Source: a virus
Strand: one strand, 5' to 3'
IMG/VR virus record: IMGVR_UViG_3300013126_000012
Coordinates: 32,001-96,000 of that record
Length of the DNA stretch: 64,000 nucleotides
In this document: one piece after another, positions 40,976 through 50,769 of the stretch
How positions within the stretch are numbered: the first letter of the stretch is position 1
Layout of the letters: every line of letters begins with the position of its first letter
Notes under the pieces: model-generated
The model's input: only the letters and a program-made list of their open reading frames with translations
What the model was told of the DNA's origin: nothing
Database searches by the model: none
Made by a program: the position numbers and the translations under genes

Positions 40976-40998
40976 AAAAATGGGGGCAAAAGCCCCCA
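40976..40998 (-). terminator. Intrinsic terminator after tail tube
   Basis: TGGGGGC-TTTT-GCCCCCA plus T5. Confidence 0.8.
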
Positions 40999-41011
40999 AA
41001 TCACATAGATA

Positions 41012-41527
41012 TTAATATTGAAAGATTGCGTAATCGTATTTCAATGTTAACTGTACAGTCATTGCCTCTTCTGTTCCCCAATCCATATCACCAAATGTTG
41101 CTTCGTTGATAAATGTACCCTTCAATGTCCAGTTTTCAATCTTTTCACCTAATGAACTTAAAACATAAAATTGAACATCTCGTTTGTAGTCTGCAGAATA
41201 TCCATCTCGACCTGTTAATGATTCGTGATGCAAACGAACCCAATCCATAACTGCTTGAGCGCCAACTTTTTCAATTGGATCATACAAAGTTATTGTTATA
41301 TCATTCCATCTAGATTTTCCTTTAACTTTTCGGTCAATGTTAATGTGATCTAATACAATCTCACCATTTGTTATGCCCGGACGAGCTGAAGCTTTTACGA
41401 CGTATGATGGGATATTTGTACCAGCTAATTGCATAATAAATCGATTAGCATATTTCGGTTCCCAAGAAAACGCACTACCAAATAAATCGTTTTGACTAAT
41501 ACTAGGTAAAGTTGGTGTTAATGCCAT
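41012..41527 (-). CDS. Tail tube protein (gp19-like)
   Basis: EPKYANRF, KGKSRWNDITITLYD, W.L.G.F.....G..DW, LTLKYD. Confidence 0.88.
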   Translation of the reverse strand: MALTPTLPSISQNDLFGSAFSWEPKYANRFIMQLAGTNIPSYVVKASARPGITNGEIVLDHINIDRKVKGKSRWNDITITLYDPIEKVGAQAVMDWVRLHHESLTGRDGYSADYKRDVQFYVLSSLGEKIENWTLKGTFINEATFGDMDWGTEEAMTVQLTLKYDYAIFQY

Positions 41528-41569
41528 TTTATTTTCCTTTGATTTGTTTTATATAAATATCAGCAAAGT

Positions 41570-41595
41570 AAAAAAGGTAGAACCGAAGTCCTACC
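41570..41595 (-). terminator. Intrinsic terminator with cUUCGg loop after sheath
   Basis: GGTAGGAC-TTCG-GTTCTACC plus T6. Confidence 0.88.
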
Positions 41596-41616
41596 TTTCT
41601 TTTAAGTTAGTTTAAA

Positions 41617-44082
41617 CTATTCCGGGAAAGCTGCGCCCGTAGGTTGAATATTGAAATCCAATATAATGAATTCAGCCGTTCTAGTTGGTTGAAGAAGCAA
41701 TTGACCGTATAAGATGTTTTGATCAACCAAATCCGGTGTATTATTTGATTCATCCATAATAACACGGAATGCATTTAATCCTTGACGATTTTTTACATCA
41801 TCTAAATATGGATTAACGATACTTAAGAATCTTAATCGAGTTGCATCATTGTTTGGTTCAAATACCAAGTAACGAGTTGAAGATGCAATAAACTTCTTAA
41901 CTTCAATCAATAATCGACGCACATTGACTCGGTCTAACGCACTTGGAGTTGATTGTAGAGTCTTTTGCCCCCAAATAACTACGCCCTCATTAGGGAAGTT
42001 TGCAATAGGATTAACGCGCGCTGCATATAATGTATCTCTATCTGATTGAGTCAATCTTTTATATGTATCTGTTACAGAACTTAATCCTCCGCGGTTTAAA
42101 CCTGCCGGAGCATACCATGGAGCAGAAATTTGATCGGTAAATGCTAATACTCCTGGTACTACCGTTGATGGCGGAACCCATAATGGAGCATTAGTTGATG
42201 GATTTACAATACGCACCCATGGCCAATATGTTGACGTATAATTGCTATTGATTGTGGTAACTTGATTGGTAACCGTTGTAATATTATCAGTTAATGCATT
42301 CGAATCCATTACATAGAATGTATCTTGACGATTCTCAGCCAGTAAACGAGCTAATGATGTTACTGCAGAGTGAAGGCTATCAACGATACCCGGCGTAATC
42401 AATAAATTCATATCATAATAATCAGTATTTCCTAACAATGAAAATGCTTTATTATATGCAATTGTACCAGTGCTTGTTGAATTTGAACAATTGAAGCCGA
42501 ATGTATTTGCTGCTGTAATATACTGCCCTGAATATTTTTTCAGGTTTGGCTTAGCTCCATCGAAACCACCTTGCATTGGAACAATAAATTTGCGCGTTGT
42601 TAATGCAATATTTGTTGCAAATGTTGATCCAGTTAATGCACCTTCTAATGAAGCAGAATATGGTGCGGTTGCTGTAGGAAACCCTGCTGCCCCATCTTGA
42701 TTTACGCTACCTAAATAAAAATCAGCATTGCTTCCGGTGTTTGATCCCGAAGTTGGAGTTGCTGATAAATAATTCAAGTTATTAACATTGCTAAAGTTAT
42801 ATCCGAAATATGTATTTGAATTGAAACCCGTTGCGGATACTTGTGAACTAATCGTTGCTGTTGAAACTAAATTCAATGAACCGGAGGCCATAGGAATTGT
42901 TGATAATAATGCACGATAACCGAAAGGAATCAATGTTTTATCATTTGTTCTATTTGCAACACCATCAGATACTTCTACTCGAATATAATTTGATTGATTT
43001 GGATAATCTCCATATACTGTTAATACGCCATCATTATCTACGGTTTGATAACGATCGCCAATCACTCTAGCAATATATCTAGATGAATTTGGATTTAAGT
43101 TAACATTAGTAAATGCTTCTACTGCTGGAGATAAATCAGTATCGGTACGTAATCCGTAAACTGAATTTGGAATATTTGTTGTATTTACTCGTCGTACTTC
43201 TACTGTAAACGTACCATAACCATTTGGATCAGCTACTTCTGTAGCAGTACGAATATCTTTAATACCTATCTTAACATCGTAGTTAACAGCAGTACCTTGT
43301 GATATTGAATGGAATCGCAATAAATCTTTTGCAATTGCGCCAACTTTTTGCGACGTAATCCATGGCGTTGCTGCGGTTTGAAAGTCTTGTACAAATTCAT
43401 AATTTGAAAATTTGAAAAGCTCCATGGTTACATCACCTAAATTTGCAAATTGCGAATAGGCTGTTGGATTTTCATATTGCACATATACTGGATAATCAGT
43501 CGACTTTGGTGATTGACCAAATCGTTTTACAAGATAATCATTGCTTGTTGCAACAATTGATGACGAAATTGCAACAGCTTGAGATACTAAGAATGATCCA
43601 TTAAATCCAATTGCCGAATCTGATGCAGCGGAGAATGAACCTGAAACTTTGATTGCAAATGAACCAGATCCACCATCTAGCAATACCGATTCATTAAATA
43701 CATTGGTTGCTCCGTCAGTTGTTACTGCTTGTACTGGGTGTAATACGTGTGTTACAACTTGGGTTGAACCAGATTTTGCAATAATTGCTAAAGCGCCATT
43801 AGTTAATTTATATCCATCTTCATAAAGCAATCGTGTTACAGTAATTACATTTCCGCCATTTGCTAAATAGTTTTGAACTACATATGGTAAATATGAATCA
43901 TCTGTATATGTTCCAAATACTTGTTGGAACTGAAAGAACGATGTGATTTGTGTTGGAACTAAAGCAGGTCCTTTTACTGTTGGTCCTATGATTGCTGCTC
44001 CAATTTGTGATATTCCTCCGGCGAGAAACGATTGATCTACTTCATTCGTAAATACCCCCGCAGAAATTAAATTTTGTGCCAT
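41617..44082 (-). CDS. Contractile tail sheath protein (gp18-like)
   Basis: SAGVFTNEVD, YWPW, PWYAPAGLNRG, WGQKTL, DRVNVRRLL, FEPN, PTRTAEFI. Confidence 0.95.
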   Translation of the reverse strand: MAQNLISAGVFTNEVDQSFLAGGISQIGAAIIGPTVKGPALVPTQITSFFQFQQVFGTYTDDSYLPYVVQNYLANGGNVITVTRLLYEDGYKLTNGALAIIAKSGSTQVVTHVLHPVQAVTTDGATNVFNESVLLDGGSGSFAIKVSGSFSAASDSAIGFNGSFLVSQAVAISSSIVATSNDYLVKRFGQSPKSTDYPVYVQYENPTAYSQFANLGDVTMELFKFSNYEFVQDFQTAATPWITSQKVGAIAKDLLRFHSISQGTAVNYDVKIGIKDIRTATEVADPNGYGTFTVEVRRVNTTNIPNSVYGLRTDTDLSPAVEAFTNVNLNPNSSRYIARVIGDRYQTVDNDGVLTVYGDYPNQSNYIRVEVSDGVANRTNDKTLIPFGYRALLSTIPMASGSLNLVSTATISSQVSATGFNSNTYFGYNFSNVNNLNYLSATPTSGSNTGSNADFYLGSVNQDGAAGFPTATAPYSASLEGALTGSTFATNIALTTRKFIVPMQGGFDGAKPNLKKYSGQYITAANTFGFNCSNSTSTGTIAYNKAFSLLGNTDYYDMNLLITPGIVDSLHSAVTSLARLLAENRQDTFYVMDSNALTDNITTVTNQVTTINSNYTSTYWPWVRIVNPSTNAPLWVPPSTVVPGVLAFTDQISAPWYAPAGLNRGGLSSVTDTYKRLTQSDRDTLYAARVNPIANFPNEGVVIWGQKTLQSTPSALDRVNVRRLLIEVKKFIASSTRYLVFEPNNDATRLRFLSIVNPYLDDVKNRQGLNAFRVIMDESNNTPDLVDQNILYGQLLLQPTRTAEFIILDFNIQPTGAAFPE

Positions 44083-44107
44083 TACATTACTCCTATGATT
44101 TTTTTAT

Positions 44108-44116
44108 TATAAATAT
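44108..44116 (-). promoter_or_regulatory. Class II (late) motif ATATTTATA before sheath (representative of about 19 copies)
   Basis: Same motif precedes tube, chaperone, tape measure, neck, portal and other genes. Confidence 0.7.
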
Positions 44117-44120
44117 ATTG

Positions 44121-44402
44121 TTATTTATTCAAACCTTCTTCTGAAGTGAATGTTCCGTCGGCAATATTTATTTGACCATCACCATATCGTTTGCGCATCT
44201 TGTCAAGTAATTCTGATTCTTGTTTACGCAATGATTCGAATGCTGCGAAACAACGTTGCTGTTCTTGTTTTAAAAATTCAACGCGTTGTTCTAATGCTAA
44301 TTGTTCCATATGCAACGATCCCATTGTGTTTGAATTTGTAGCAAATTCATCTCGCAATGATTGAATTTCATCTAAATGTTCTTTATCTAATTTTCGAGTC
44401 AT
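44121..44402 (-). CDS. Small coiled-coil protein (possible fibre chaperone)
   Basis: Heptad pattern ending KRYGDGQINIADGTF. Confidence 0.65.
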   Translation of the reverse strand: MTRKLDKEHLDEIQSLRDEFATNSNTMGSLHMEQLALEQRVEFLKQEQQRCFAAFESLRKQESELLDKMRKRYGDGQINIADGTFTSEEGLNK

Positions 44403-44566
44403 AATAACCTTTTCTTGATATTATAATGAAAATGTTTGAATTATCCAAGCATTTCGAGTTTACTTATGTCAACCGGATCCGCCTTCATTGTATAATTATA
44501 GATGTTGCTGTTACTCCCGCAATGTTGGTAATGTTTTCTACTGGTACACCTGATTTATTTGCCATG

Positions 44567-46306
44567 TTATATTTCTGTCCAATCATTAGATGGTCTAAAT
44601 TTCATAATCCATTCATCTGCTCCGCCACTATTCCAATAACAGTGTCCTACAATTCTAACATATCCTGATGCAGGTACGGTCGTGTCCATTGTGGTTCCAG
44701 AACCTGATTTGATGTATATTGGAAGGCCGTAACCTGCACTATCGACTATAGGATATGACCCTCCAATCGTTGACACTACTACATCACCTTCTATTATAAC
44801 AGAACCAGTTTGTGAAAATATGTTTTTAGCTATTCCTAGCATTTTTGTTGAAGAGTCTGTAGTTTGATCTACTTGATACCATTGACCGTCTGTGTTTAAA
44901 TAAACCAAATCATTATCGACAACATTTACATCAAAATACGACTCCCCTAGAATTTGTCCAGCATAGTTGTTAAATCCAAACAAAGTGACTCGCGTAGCTT
45001 CACTAACGTTTTGTTGATTGTACAAATATGTTTCATATGTTCCCGAAAAACCTCCCCAACCCAATGCATCTACACCAGCTGCATTTAATAATGTTCTATT
45101 TCCAAAATCTATACTAGCGCTAGCACCCTGGAATGGTGATCCATATAATTTGCGTTCATAGTTTATATCATCTACTTTGATAGCATCATATGGACCTACG
45201 TCAGGAGTAAATGGTGGAAAACCTGGAATTAAATCTCCTCGTACAATGAATGACCCAGATTCTATAATTACACCTGATTGCCAATTAAGTACCGGGTATT
45301 CACTACCGTTTTTAAGTTGTCGAGTACCCCAATCTATAGAAGTTCTAATTCCGGTAGAATCGACAGTCCATCGATTTTGCCAATTTACTGAATCATTCGA
45401 ACCCGTATCTCGTAATAATCCATCGCCCCAATCAACTGTGTAATCGCTGGAGCCGTTGTCAAATTTGAGTTGTCGGGTATTCCAATCAACGGATTGCGAT
45501 GCATTTGCATCATACATGCTTCGTAAAACACCCCACCGTACTGAAAAATTTCCATCGGAATCAAACAATGTTCTGCTATCCCAATTCACAGAATCTTCAG
45601 TACTACCAGGCATAGGACCAGAACCAATCAATATTTTATTGGTACCATCGATGCTGTCTAAAACACTAAATGATCCAGTTACTCCCAATGAGCCGCTAAT
45701 TTGCGCATCACCGGTAAATGGAAATGGGTTTCCGCCGGGCGCCCATGATGCCGATGTTGCAAACGATGCGGTGCCTGTGAATGTTGCGTTTTGCCAATCT
45801 AATATAATATTGCCATTGTTATCTGTTAACTGCCGCGAATTCCAATCAACGGCAATTTCATCAGCAGTTGGTATTGGTCCAGGGCCATAAAGATATCTAT
45901 TTTCCCAATCTACATAAGTTACCCCTGACGAATTTGCTAAAGTGCGTTGTTCCCAATCAACACTTGGAGTTGCTGCACCATCGGACAATGTTCTACCATC
46001 AGCATCAATGCTGCTAGTACCCATTACATCGTATATGGTTCTAGAAAAATCACTAATTGATATAGCAGGAACATAATTTGCTCCATCAAATGTTTGTGTA
46101 CTAAATGAACCAGTTACTCCTAATGAGCCTGTAATCTCCGCACTTCCGGAGTATGGAAATGCAGGTGTACTTGGAGCATATGACGCAGATAAAGCTTGTG
46201 TTGCGTATGATGCAGTACCTAATAAACTTCCAGTTATGCTTGGAGCATACAATGAATTTAACGTGGCATCAGAGCCAGACGTTATGATCTTTTTCCATGA
46301 CGGCAT
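44567..46306 (-). CDS. Tail fibre/virion appendage protein with VDWxxRxL repeats
   Basis: MPSWKKIITSGS start, repeated ITGSLGVTGSF, about 12 VDW-type repeats. Confidence 0.65.
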   Translation of the reverse strand: MPSWKKIITSGSDATLNSLYAPSITGSLLGTASYATQALSASYAPSTPAFPYSGSAEITGSLGVTGSFSTQTFDGANYVPAISISDFSRTIYDVMGTSSIDADGRTLSDGAATPSVDWEQRTLANSSGVTYVDWENRYLYGPGPIPTADEIAVDWNSRQLTDNNGNIILDWQNATFTGTASFATSASWAPGGNPFPFTGDAQISGSLGVTGSFSVLDSIDGTNKILIGSGPMPGSTEDSVNWDSRTLFDSDGNFSVRWGVLRSMYDANASQSVDWNTRQLKFDNGSSDYTVDWGDGLLRDTGSNDSVNWQNRWTVDSTGIRTSIDWGTRQLKNGSEYPVLNWQSGVIIESGSFIVRGDLIPGFPPFTPDVGPYDAIKVDDINYERKLYGSPFQGASASIDFGNRTLLNAAGVDALGWGGFSGTYETYLYNQQNVSEATRVTLFGFNNYAGQILGESYFDVNVVDNDLVYLNTDGQWYQVDQTTDSSTKMLGIAKNIFSQTGSVIIEGDVVVSTIGGSYPIVDSAGYGLPIYIKSGSGTTMDTTVPASGYVRIVGHCYWNSGGADEWIMKFRPSNDWTEI

Positions 46307-46322
46307 ATCGTTTTCCTTTTGT

Positions 46323-46382
46323 GCTGCGGTTGGTTACATACACTTATGCCGTGCGTGTGCCCACTTCCTTGCGGCCTACAAC
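46323..46382 (-). promoter_or_regulatory. Candidate structured 5' leader RNA
   Basis: GC-rich island in an AT-rich intergenic region; CC-GCAA-GG tetraloop and closing stem GTTGTAGG/CCGCAGC. Confidence 0.45.
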
Positions 46383-46396
46383 ATTTATAATAAATA

Positions 46397-46573
46397 TCAT
46401 TGTTTTAGATATTGTTCTTGCAATTTCAATATGATATTGTAGAATGTTTCTACTTGTTCTCCACGAATAGACACATCTTTAAGCAGCATCAACAAAAATT
46501 CAATTTCTTGTTTTGATAATTGTGATGCTGTTTGTGTTTCTGCTTTTGATTTTAATTTGTCAATTATGCTCAT
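46397..46573 (-). CDS. Small hypothetical protein
   Basis: MSIIDKLK...KLQEQY; start reassigned to 46573. Confidence 0.6.
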   Translation of the reverse strand: MSIIDKLKSKAETQTASQLSKQEIEFLLMLLKDVSIRGEQVETFYNIILKLQEQYLKQ

Positions 46574-46580
46574 AACTTTT

Positions 46581-47411
46581 TTAAGAATAAATGTAAATAT
46601 CTCCACTCAATGTATCAACATGAATTGTTCCATATCCATTGCCTGAGCCACCATATATTGGAGCCGGAGATGGTGCGGCTGTGCTTGTTTCTACTGCTCC
46701 TGCATATACCGACGGGGTGAATGAATTGCCCGTGGCATCGAATGATGAAGTAAAGCCCCATCGCGTAGTACCAGAATCATATCCATACAATTCACCAATG
46801 TTTTGAGTACCTTGTTGTACAACAATACCACCATCTCCTGCAGTATTAGATCCAGATGCAAACAATACAAACCGATCTGCAACAAGCAAGTTTGCAGTGT
46901 TTTGAAATGATGCAGTACCTAATACAACCAAATTACCCGTCAATGTTAATCCAACAAACGAAGGAGAATCTGTTGTTTCTAATCCTAAATCGATTGTCGA
47001 CCCAGCTACGCCATTTGTTGTTAATAAAGCCTGACCCTGTCCTGGGCTAGATAACACTGATGCAGATACTACTGTACTACCTGCTAATATTTGTGTTTGA
47101 GTTACGCTACCACCTAATGATGTTGCATTACCTGCAATTGTTATAGATGAATTTGCTAAACTACCATTTGGAATACTACCTAATGTAAATGTAATCGTAT
47201 CTGAACCGGCATTTCCTGAAATATCTAATCCTGCGCCAGACGAAGATGCAAATGTTAATGTATCTACTGCACTATCTGCTAATACATTCGTGCCGTTAAT
47301 AGACATCGTAGCAAATGTATTTTGTGCAGTTATTGATGTTAAATAACCAGCATCATTATTTAATTGAGAAATATTACTTCCCGATACTACTACTTTTTTC
47401 CAAGTTGCCAT
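46581..47411 (-). CDS. Virion structural protein (fibre-like)
   Basis: MATWKKVVVSGS start shared with the 46306 gene; Ser/Thr/Gly-rich. Confidence 0.6.
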   Translation of the reverse strand: MATWKKVVVSGSNISQLNNDAGYLTSITAQNTFATMSINGTNVLADSAVDTLTFASSSGAGLDISGNAGSDTITFTLGSIPNGSLANSSITIAGNATSLGGSVTQTQILAGSTVVSASVLSSPGQGQALLTTNGVAGSTIDLGLETTDSPSFVGLTLTGNLVVLGTASFQNTANLLVADRFVLFASGSNTAGDGGIVVQQGTQNIGELYGYDSGTTRWGFTSSFDATGNSFTPSVYAGAVETSTAAPSPAPIYGGSGNGYGTIHVDTLSGDIYIYS

Positions 47412-47443
47412 TGTTATGTTCCTATTTTATATAAATATAAGCA

Positions 47444-47782
47444 TCAATCTAAACCTACAAAAAAAGATGCAGATGTAAAATAAATTGCACCGTTGGGTGC
47501 TGTTCCTGCAGGATCTAAACTTTGTGTTGCTACTACTATAGTGCCACTTTGTGATACTGTTAATACGGGTTGATTGTTAAAATTTTTAATTAAAAATATA
47601 TCATTAACATCACTTTTAATTTCTAAAGAGCCTGTAATTACAGCACTACCTGAGAACGGAAACAACGCTCCGCCGCCACCGTTAAGTGCAAATGAAGCTG
47701 TCACTGCATAACTTGAAGATATATTATACAACGAACCGGTTTGTAATTGTCCGGGTCTAAATTGTCGTGCCATTATGCCCAC
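47444..47782 (-). CDS. Small virion structural protein
   Basis: FPFSGSAVITGSL motif shared with the fibre protein. Confidence 0.55.
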   Translation of the reverse strand: MGIMARQFRPGQLQTGSLYNISSSYAVTASFALNGGGGALFPFSGSAVITGSLEIKSDVNDIFLIKNFNNQPVLTVSQSGTIVVATQSLDPAGTAPNGAIYFTSASFFVGLD

Positions 47783-48990
47783 CTCCCTTTAACAATTATA
47801 ACATCTTGTGCAGTTAATGTATATCCTAATTCTGCAGTATCAAATACAATTGTTTGCGTATTAATGCCACTTGGCGTCCATGTATATACTACTTTATCAA
47901 TATATTGACCGTTAATAAATACATCAAATTCATTTTTAGTTGCATATTGTAATGATACCGGATTAATTGCCGGTATTCCGGATATCGTAACTGTTGTTGC
48001 GTTAGAATAAGTTGCAATTTTTTCCGTTATATTAATTAGATATGCCAATGTAGCAGCATCAATTGTAGCACTGCCACCCGCATTAGGAACAACAATTTGT
48101 CCACCTTGTTGAATGTAATTTTGTGCTTGAATTATTTGATTTGATATTTGTGTTGTATTAAATATATCATCGTCGACTGATACGCCAAAGGTAATTTTTT
48201 TTGGAGAAAACATTTTTTGAATAGTAGAGCGACGGGCTTCTTGTCCTGATAACAATGTTCCTAATACTGTTAATGGTACGGTTGTTCTAACCAACCTATC
48301 TTCCCCAACGGTATTTACAGTTTCAAATGCAAATGCACCAATTGTAGTAGTATAACGATTTTGTTCGTTACCCCAAGCAAATCTACTATATGGAAATATT
48401 TGATCCACTAATTCATTCATCTGTGTCGTAAAATCGCACCACATCATCATTTCATATTCTACTGTAACATATTTTGGTATATCTACTAAATATAATTTAT
48501 CAGACGGCTTTGGTTGATTTAATGGCACAGGAAACATTACATCTTCATATCGATTGCGTTCATTATACGTAGATTTATATACTCGTAAATTTTGTCCTTG
48601 TGGTCGATTAGCATCAAACCCTTTAACTGAATCTCGTTCTGTTACATTGCTTCGTTTTAAAACAATTATTGGAGATTGTAACATTCCTTTTTCATCGCGC
48701 ATATAACCTAATCTACGTACATTATCCCATTTTTCGCCTGCTGCAAAAATTACCGGTACTGGAATTGTTTGATCTTTATCTGTTATTTGCGGTTGTATTT
48801 CATTTTCAATAAACCATTTAATTGCATAATCAATGTCATATATGGTTCGTTTTGGAGTACGAATAATGTCATCATCTCGACGAGTTTGTAATGATCTATT
48901 CAGTGTCAAATCATTACCAATTCCTTCTGTTCTATTAGGATTTGGTTTATTTGTTTTTCGATCAATATCTTTTCTATTCAATCTAGGCAT
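47773..48990 (-). CDS. Tail terminator/completion protein (gp15-like)
   Basis: IPVPVIF...EKW, P.YVTVEYEM; follows neck genes. Confidence 0.6.
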   Translation of the reverse strand: MPRLNRKDIDRKTNKPNPNRTEGIGNDLTLNRSLQTRRDDDIIRTPKRTIYDIDYAIKWFIENEIQPQITDKDQTIPVPVIFAAGEKWDNVRRLGYMRDEKGMLQSPIIVLKRSNVTERDSVKGFDANRPQGQNLRVYKSTYNERNRYEDVMFPVPLNQPKPSDKLYLVDIPKYVTVEYEMMMWCDFTTQMNELVDQIFPYSRFAWGNEQNRYTTTIGAFAFETVNTVGEDRLVRTTVPLTVLGTLLSGQEARRSTIQKMFSPKKITFGVSVDDDIFNTTQISNQIIQAQNYIQQGGQIVVPNAGGSATIDAATLAYLINITEKIATYSNATTVTISGIPAINPVSLQYATKNEFDVFINGQYIDKVVYTWTPSGINTQTIVFDTAELGYTLTAQDVIIVKGRWA

Positions 48991-49511
48991 TAAAATCCTT
49001 TAAATGCAGGAGAATTATTATTGCCCCCTCGTCGTAAATTTGCAATACTTTGTGGTGTTTGTCGGGTTGCATGTGCATTGCATAAAATGGAAACGCTATA
49101 TCCAAATCCATTACCATTTGGCCAAGTATCTGGATTTTTTCCTACAAAATATTGATTTGCATCTACATTATCTAGTTCATAGTATTCATTATCCCAAAAT
49201 ACGATATCGCCAACTTCTGGATAAAATGCAGCTCGTTCTAGCAAATCGCGCGATATTGCAAACTGTGCCGTACGTGTATAATTATGTCCATAATCATCCA
49301 TGTTAGATGTTTTATCATCTTTAGTTATTAAGCACGGAATTAAAATAGAATTATAATATGTTTTTGCTTCCGATTCTCCGTATAAATTTGAATTGCTACG
49401 TTCAACAATCATTTTGAAGAATTCAATTTCAGTATCAATAATCGCATTAATCAATTCAGCGTTTACTGCTGCTAAAAATCTTGCATCTCTTTGACTTCCA
49501 AATAATGCCAT
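48990..49511 (-). CDS. Head closure/neck protein (gp14-like)
   Basis: NLYGES, PEVGDIV...YYE; position after gp13-like gene. Confidence 0.7.
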   Translation of the reverse strand: MALFGSQRDARFLAAVNAELINAIIDTEIEFFKMIVERSNSNLYGESEAKTYYNSILIPCLITKDDKTSNMDDYGHNYTRTAQFAISRDLLERAAFYPEVGDIVFWDNEYYELDNVDANQYFVGKNPDTWPNGNGFGYSVSILCNAHATRQTPQSIANLRRGGNNNSPAFKGF

Positions 49512-49516
49512 GATTA

Positions 49517-50743
49517 CTATCCTATATATATTAATAATGGCACTTTAGATAACATTTCATGCATCTGAGTTGCTTCTGCATTTTGACGTGTCATCATTTG
49601 TTCTTTTGTCAATTTATCTAAAAACTCTCTAAGTTGAGTTATTAATGCTTCTTTTTCTGTTTGGCCTTGTGATACTAAATCCGAACCGTTGAGTGTTACT
49701 TCGCCATTAGGAATTGGTACGCTACTGTATTTATTGCGAATATATCCTAACATTTCTTTAGCTAACGCAATTCCGTATTTAATAATCCACGCACGGCCCA
49801 TATCATTAATGTTACTGTAGTTTTGATATGTATATGGTATATTTGATGCGTCCGTTATAACATTGTTTACAAGTGCTGTATTGCCGAATAAAAGTGCTTC
49901 ATTGTTTTTATCATCATCAAATATAAAATCAACATATACATTTTTAAAATATGGTGTTGCAGAACTAGACCCGCTCGGCGCTACCGGTACAGGCCATAAT
50001 GTTATTTCATCTCCATGTATTTCAAATGAATAACTAGATTTACGTACCTGATCATTAAATTCAATTGCTTGTAATCTAAATAAATCTGCATTAATTGGCA
50101 TCATCATAAATGATACTGATGGAGAAAAACCTCCAAAATCAAATGCATCTAATAATTGTTGCGACCCTAAACCAGTTCCGACAAATGGATCAAAATATCT
50201 TACAATTGCAGGTGGTGCATTATGAAGCACCCGTTTTATTTCTACTGAGCTAGTTTGTACAATTATACCTAATGATGCCGAAATTGCATCTTTGATATTA
50301 TATGTTTGTTGGCCAGGGATAACATCAATTCTAAACTGTTTCCAATCTATGTTACCGCCACTATTAGCTTCAGTACCATATGCTTTTGAAAGCTTTGTAA
50401 TATATCCAAATGAATTTCCAACAAGTGCTCCAGTTAAACTAGAACCACTTAAAAATGCAGATGCTGTTTGTACACCTAATGTGTTGATCAAATTGTTAAC
50501 AATATTAACTTGATTAACTTGATTTGAATATTCGATAATTGCAGCTTCAAATGCAGTATAAAAATTAAGTGCTTGCATTTCAACATCCATTATTGGATAT
50601 CCTAAGTGTTGAGCTGCCGCGGATGCAAATTTATCCGCATGTTGTTGAAATAGTGGATCGTAATCAAAAAAGCCCCATGGCGTTTCTCCGGGTGCAAATG
50701 ATGAACTTCCTGGCCATATTGGACGATTTTCTGAATAATCCAT
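49517..50743 (-). CDS. Neck protein (gp13-like adaptor)
   Basis: LGYPIMDVE, WIIKY..ALAKEMLG.IR.KY...PIP...LNG. Confidence 0.8.
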   Translation of the reverse strand: MDYSENRPIWPGSSSFAPGETPWGFFDYDPLFQQHADKFASAAAQHLGYPIMDVEMQALNFYTAFEAAIIEYSNQVNQVNIVNNLINTLGVQTASAFLSGSSLTGALVGNSFGYITKLSKAYGTEANSGGNIDWKQFRIDVIPGQQTYNIKDAISASLGIIVQTSSVEIKRVLHNAPPAIVRYFDPFVGTGLGSQQLLDAFDFGGFSPSVSFMMMPINADLFRLQAIEFNDQVRKSSYSFEIHGDEITLWPVPVAPSGSSSATPYFKNVYVDFIFDDDKNNEALLFGNTALVNNVITDASNIPYTYQNYSNINDMGRAWIIKYGIALAKEMLGYIRNKYSSVPIPNGEVTLNGSDLVSQGQTEKEALITQLREFLDKLTKEQMMTRQNAEATQMHEMLSKVPLLIYIG

Positions 50744-50769
50744 TGATATATTCCTTTTTCATATAAATA

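Noticed and set aside
44567-46400. Diversity-generating retroelement targeting the fibre
   Set aside because: No reverse transcriptase and no adenine-variant TR/VR repeat pair seen in the window
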